DNA of 64,000 nucleotides, taken from positions 310,001 through 374,000 of the forward strand of contig ML978139.1 of the NCBI GenBank assembly GCA_010015805.1, written 5' to 3'. The DNA comes from Rhizodiscina lignyota (Eukaryota). Made by a program: the position numbers and the translations under genes. The notes under the pieces are model-generated. The model saw only the letters and a list, made by a program, of their open reading frames with translations. It ran no database searches and was not told where the DNA came from. Each line of letters starts with the position of its first letter. Positions within the stretch are counted from its first letter, which is position 1. Positions 62,404-64,000 of this stretch are shown piece by piece.

Positions 62404-62451
62404 ACGGGCGTAAGACGCCGAACGGGCGTAAGATTCCACACGGGCGTAAGA
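62404..62451. repeat. Three copies of ACGGGCGTAAGA at an 18-bp period
   Basis: Copies start at 62404, 62422 and 62440. Confidence 0.85.
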
Positions 62452-63392
62452 TTTGGAGCGGCCGTCACGGTGCAAGTCAAGATGGGAGCAATCCGCACAT
62501 TCGGGCACGATGGGATCATAGGGGAAGCAGCGCAGTGGCCGAAGAGCACGTGGGGCGCTAAATTAAGCACAAACTTAGCATCCTGACGAGCCGCGTGGAC
62601 GCTAGCCTCTCTGCGGTTAGGAGAGTGCGGCCACACGAAGGGGCCTCGGCATCCCGTATTGGTTTATACCACAACGTCTCGAGGTCGCAGCCAACTGCAA
62701 TCTCGCTATCACCGGCCTCTTTGATCTGCTCGTATCGCTCTTTCAATTCTCCTCGATCACTGTGCTGACTAGGCTATCCGCTGCATATCTCACCGGGTGA
62801 GTAACCGATGTGAAGCGGGCCTATTCGCCAGTTTGAGGCCAAACTCTGGGCCTTCGGCTAAGCCACGATGTGCGACGTCCGTCACATCCAGATATCTCCC
62901 GATACAGTGCGCCTTGCGAAATGCCCGAACCGTGTGTATCAAACGCTGTGCAGGGGCTTAGAAATGTCACCGCGCCAAGGATCCTTTGTACGGCGCTCAT
63001 AGTTGCAACTACGGGCTGGGTGGGACGCCTCGTAGCCGCCAACCGGATGTGGTAGGAACGAGGACGTGGACATCAATCTCCGCCTCCATTGGCGATGATG
63101 CGAGCGAATGCTGTGCACGCCAGTAGGGCCATCTACGAAGAAGCGATCTTCGAGCATTTCATTTTGTTTCAGATCTATAGACTGTTATCAAAGTATATAT
63201 GTTGTTGCTGCTTCGCATATGGTGACAAAACCAATACCATCTCTCATCATCCAGAAGTCCGCTAGCCAGTGCATTTCCGACAACATCAAGTCAGCCCGGC
63301 ATTTCATCATTCCATATAAGATCTCAACGTTATAGACACCACACTACTGTCTTTTCTCCAGCTCAATCTCGGCGAAGAATCGCCTCTCCGCC

Positions 63393-64000
63393 ATGAGCAA
63401 CATCACCAACTCTTCGAGCTTCGTCTGCCCCGACAACGCCTCCGACATTTGCACAATAGGAACATGTCCGCTCGAGTGCGCGCAGGTTACCTATATTCCG
63501 ACACTAGCGGGCAATACGGTGTATGTCGCCATCTTCGGCCTCATCCTCATTGCGCAAATTGGTCTCGGTGCCTGGTACAGGACCTGGGGGTTCCTCGCTG
63601 GAATGGTCTTTGGTCTGATACTCGAGACTGTGGGATATGCGGGCCGCATTCTTATGCATAACAACCCGTTCGACTTTAACAATTTTCTGATGTAAGCCTC
63701 CATCTTCACCACTCTCCAACCAAATTATAGCTTGGGACGACAACTGACGTGGCCTACAGCTACCTCATCTGTTTGACCATCGGCCCTGCTTTCCTGAGTG
63801 CGAGTATCTACTTGTGCCTCTCGCGAATCATCATCGTCTACTCGCCCCGTCTATCCCGCCTACAGCCTCGAACCCTGTCACTAATGTTCATGTGCTTCGA
63901 CCTCGTCGCGCTCATCCTGCAAGCCGCTGGCGGCGCCATCGCTGCAAGTGCGGATGACGACCAAAACGAGTCTGACACGGGTCGAAACATCATGATTGCA
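63393..64000 (+). CDS. RTA1-family membrane protein (lipid-translocating exporter-like), 3' truncated; intron ~63691-63759
   Basis: CTIGTCP...[60 protein letters not shown]. Confidence 0.93.

Noticed and set aside
62404..62451. Repeat-spacer pattern superficially like CRISPR
   Set aside because: 12-bp repeats with 6-nt spacers in a eukaryotic genome with no cas genes
1..64000. tRNA/rRNA genes, intact transposons and secondary-metabolite backbone genes
   Set aside because: None recognised by eye (no transposase, RT, PKS or NRPS motifs); a tRNAscan-SE/Rfam run is needed to exclude small RNAs

Overview
Gene-dense window of a filamentous ascomycete (Pezizomycotina) nuclear genome, judged from short GT-AG introns with CTRAC-type branch sites, a fused alpha-beta tryptophan synthase, a Zn2Cys6 regulator and a Pex14/17-type peroxin. 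Housekeeping genes: cytosolic LeuRS (5' cut), frataxin, Dph3, tetraspanin, Pex14/17, Ies2, Trp synthase, RraA/HMG aldolase and RTA1 (3' cut). Metabolic genes: an aldo-keto reductase, a divergent KduD-like SDR / polyol dehydrogenase pair, a CYP52-like P450, two more SDRs flanking a Zn2Cys6 gene, and a methyltransferase. There are also GPI-type wall proteins, three F-box-like proteins and several pseudogene relics. The most unusual element is a ~6.5 kb tandem array (49.3-55.8 kb) of six apparently intronless paralogues sharing a Cys/His-rich domain I do not recognise: four short domain-only genes, one pseudogene, and one long divergently transcribed member that adds UIM-like helices and an LPxY motif. 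Next to it is an intronless, bacterial-type secreted FAD oxidoreductase with a run of 15 X-Pro/X-Ala dipeptides after its signal peptide. All calls are by eye from the sequence and ORF track; no database searches were run, and exon boundaries are manual predictions.
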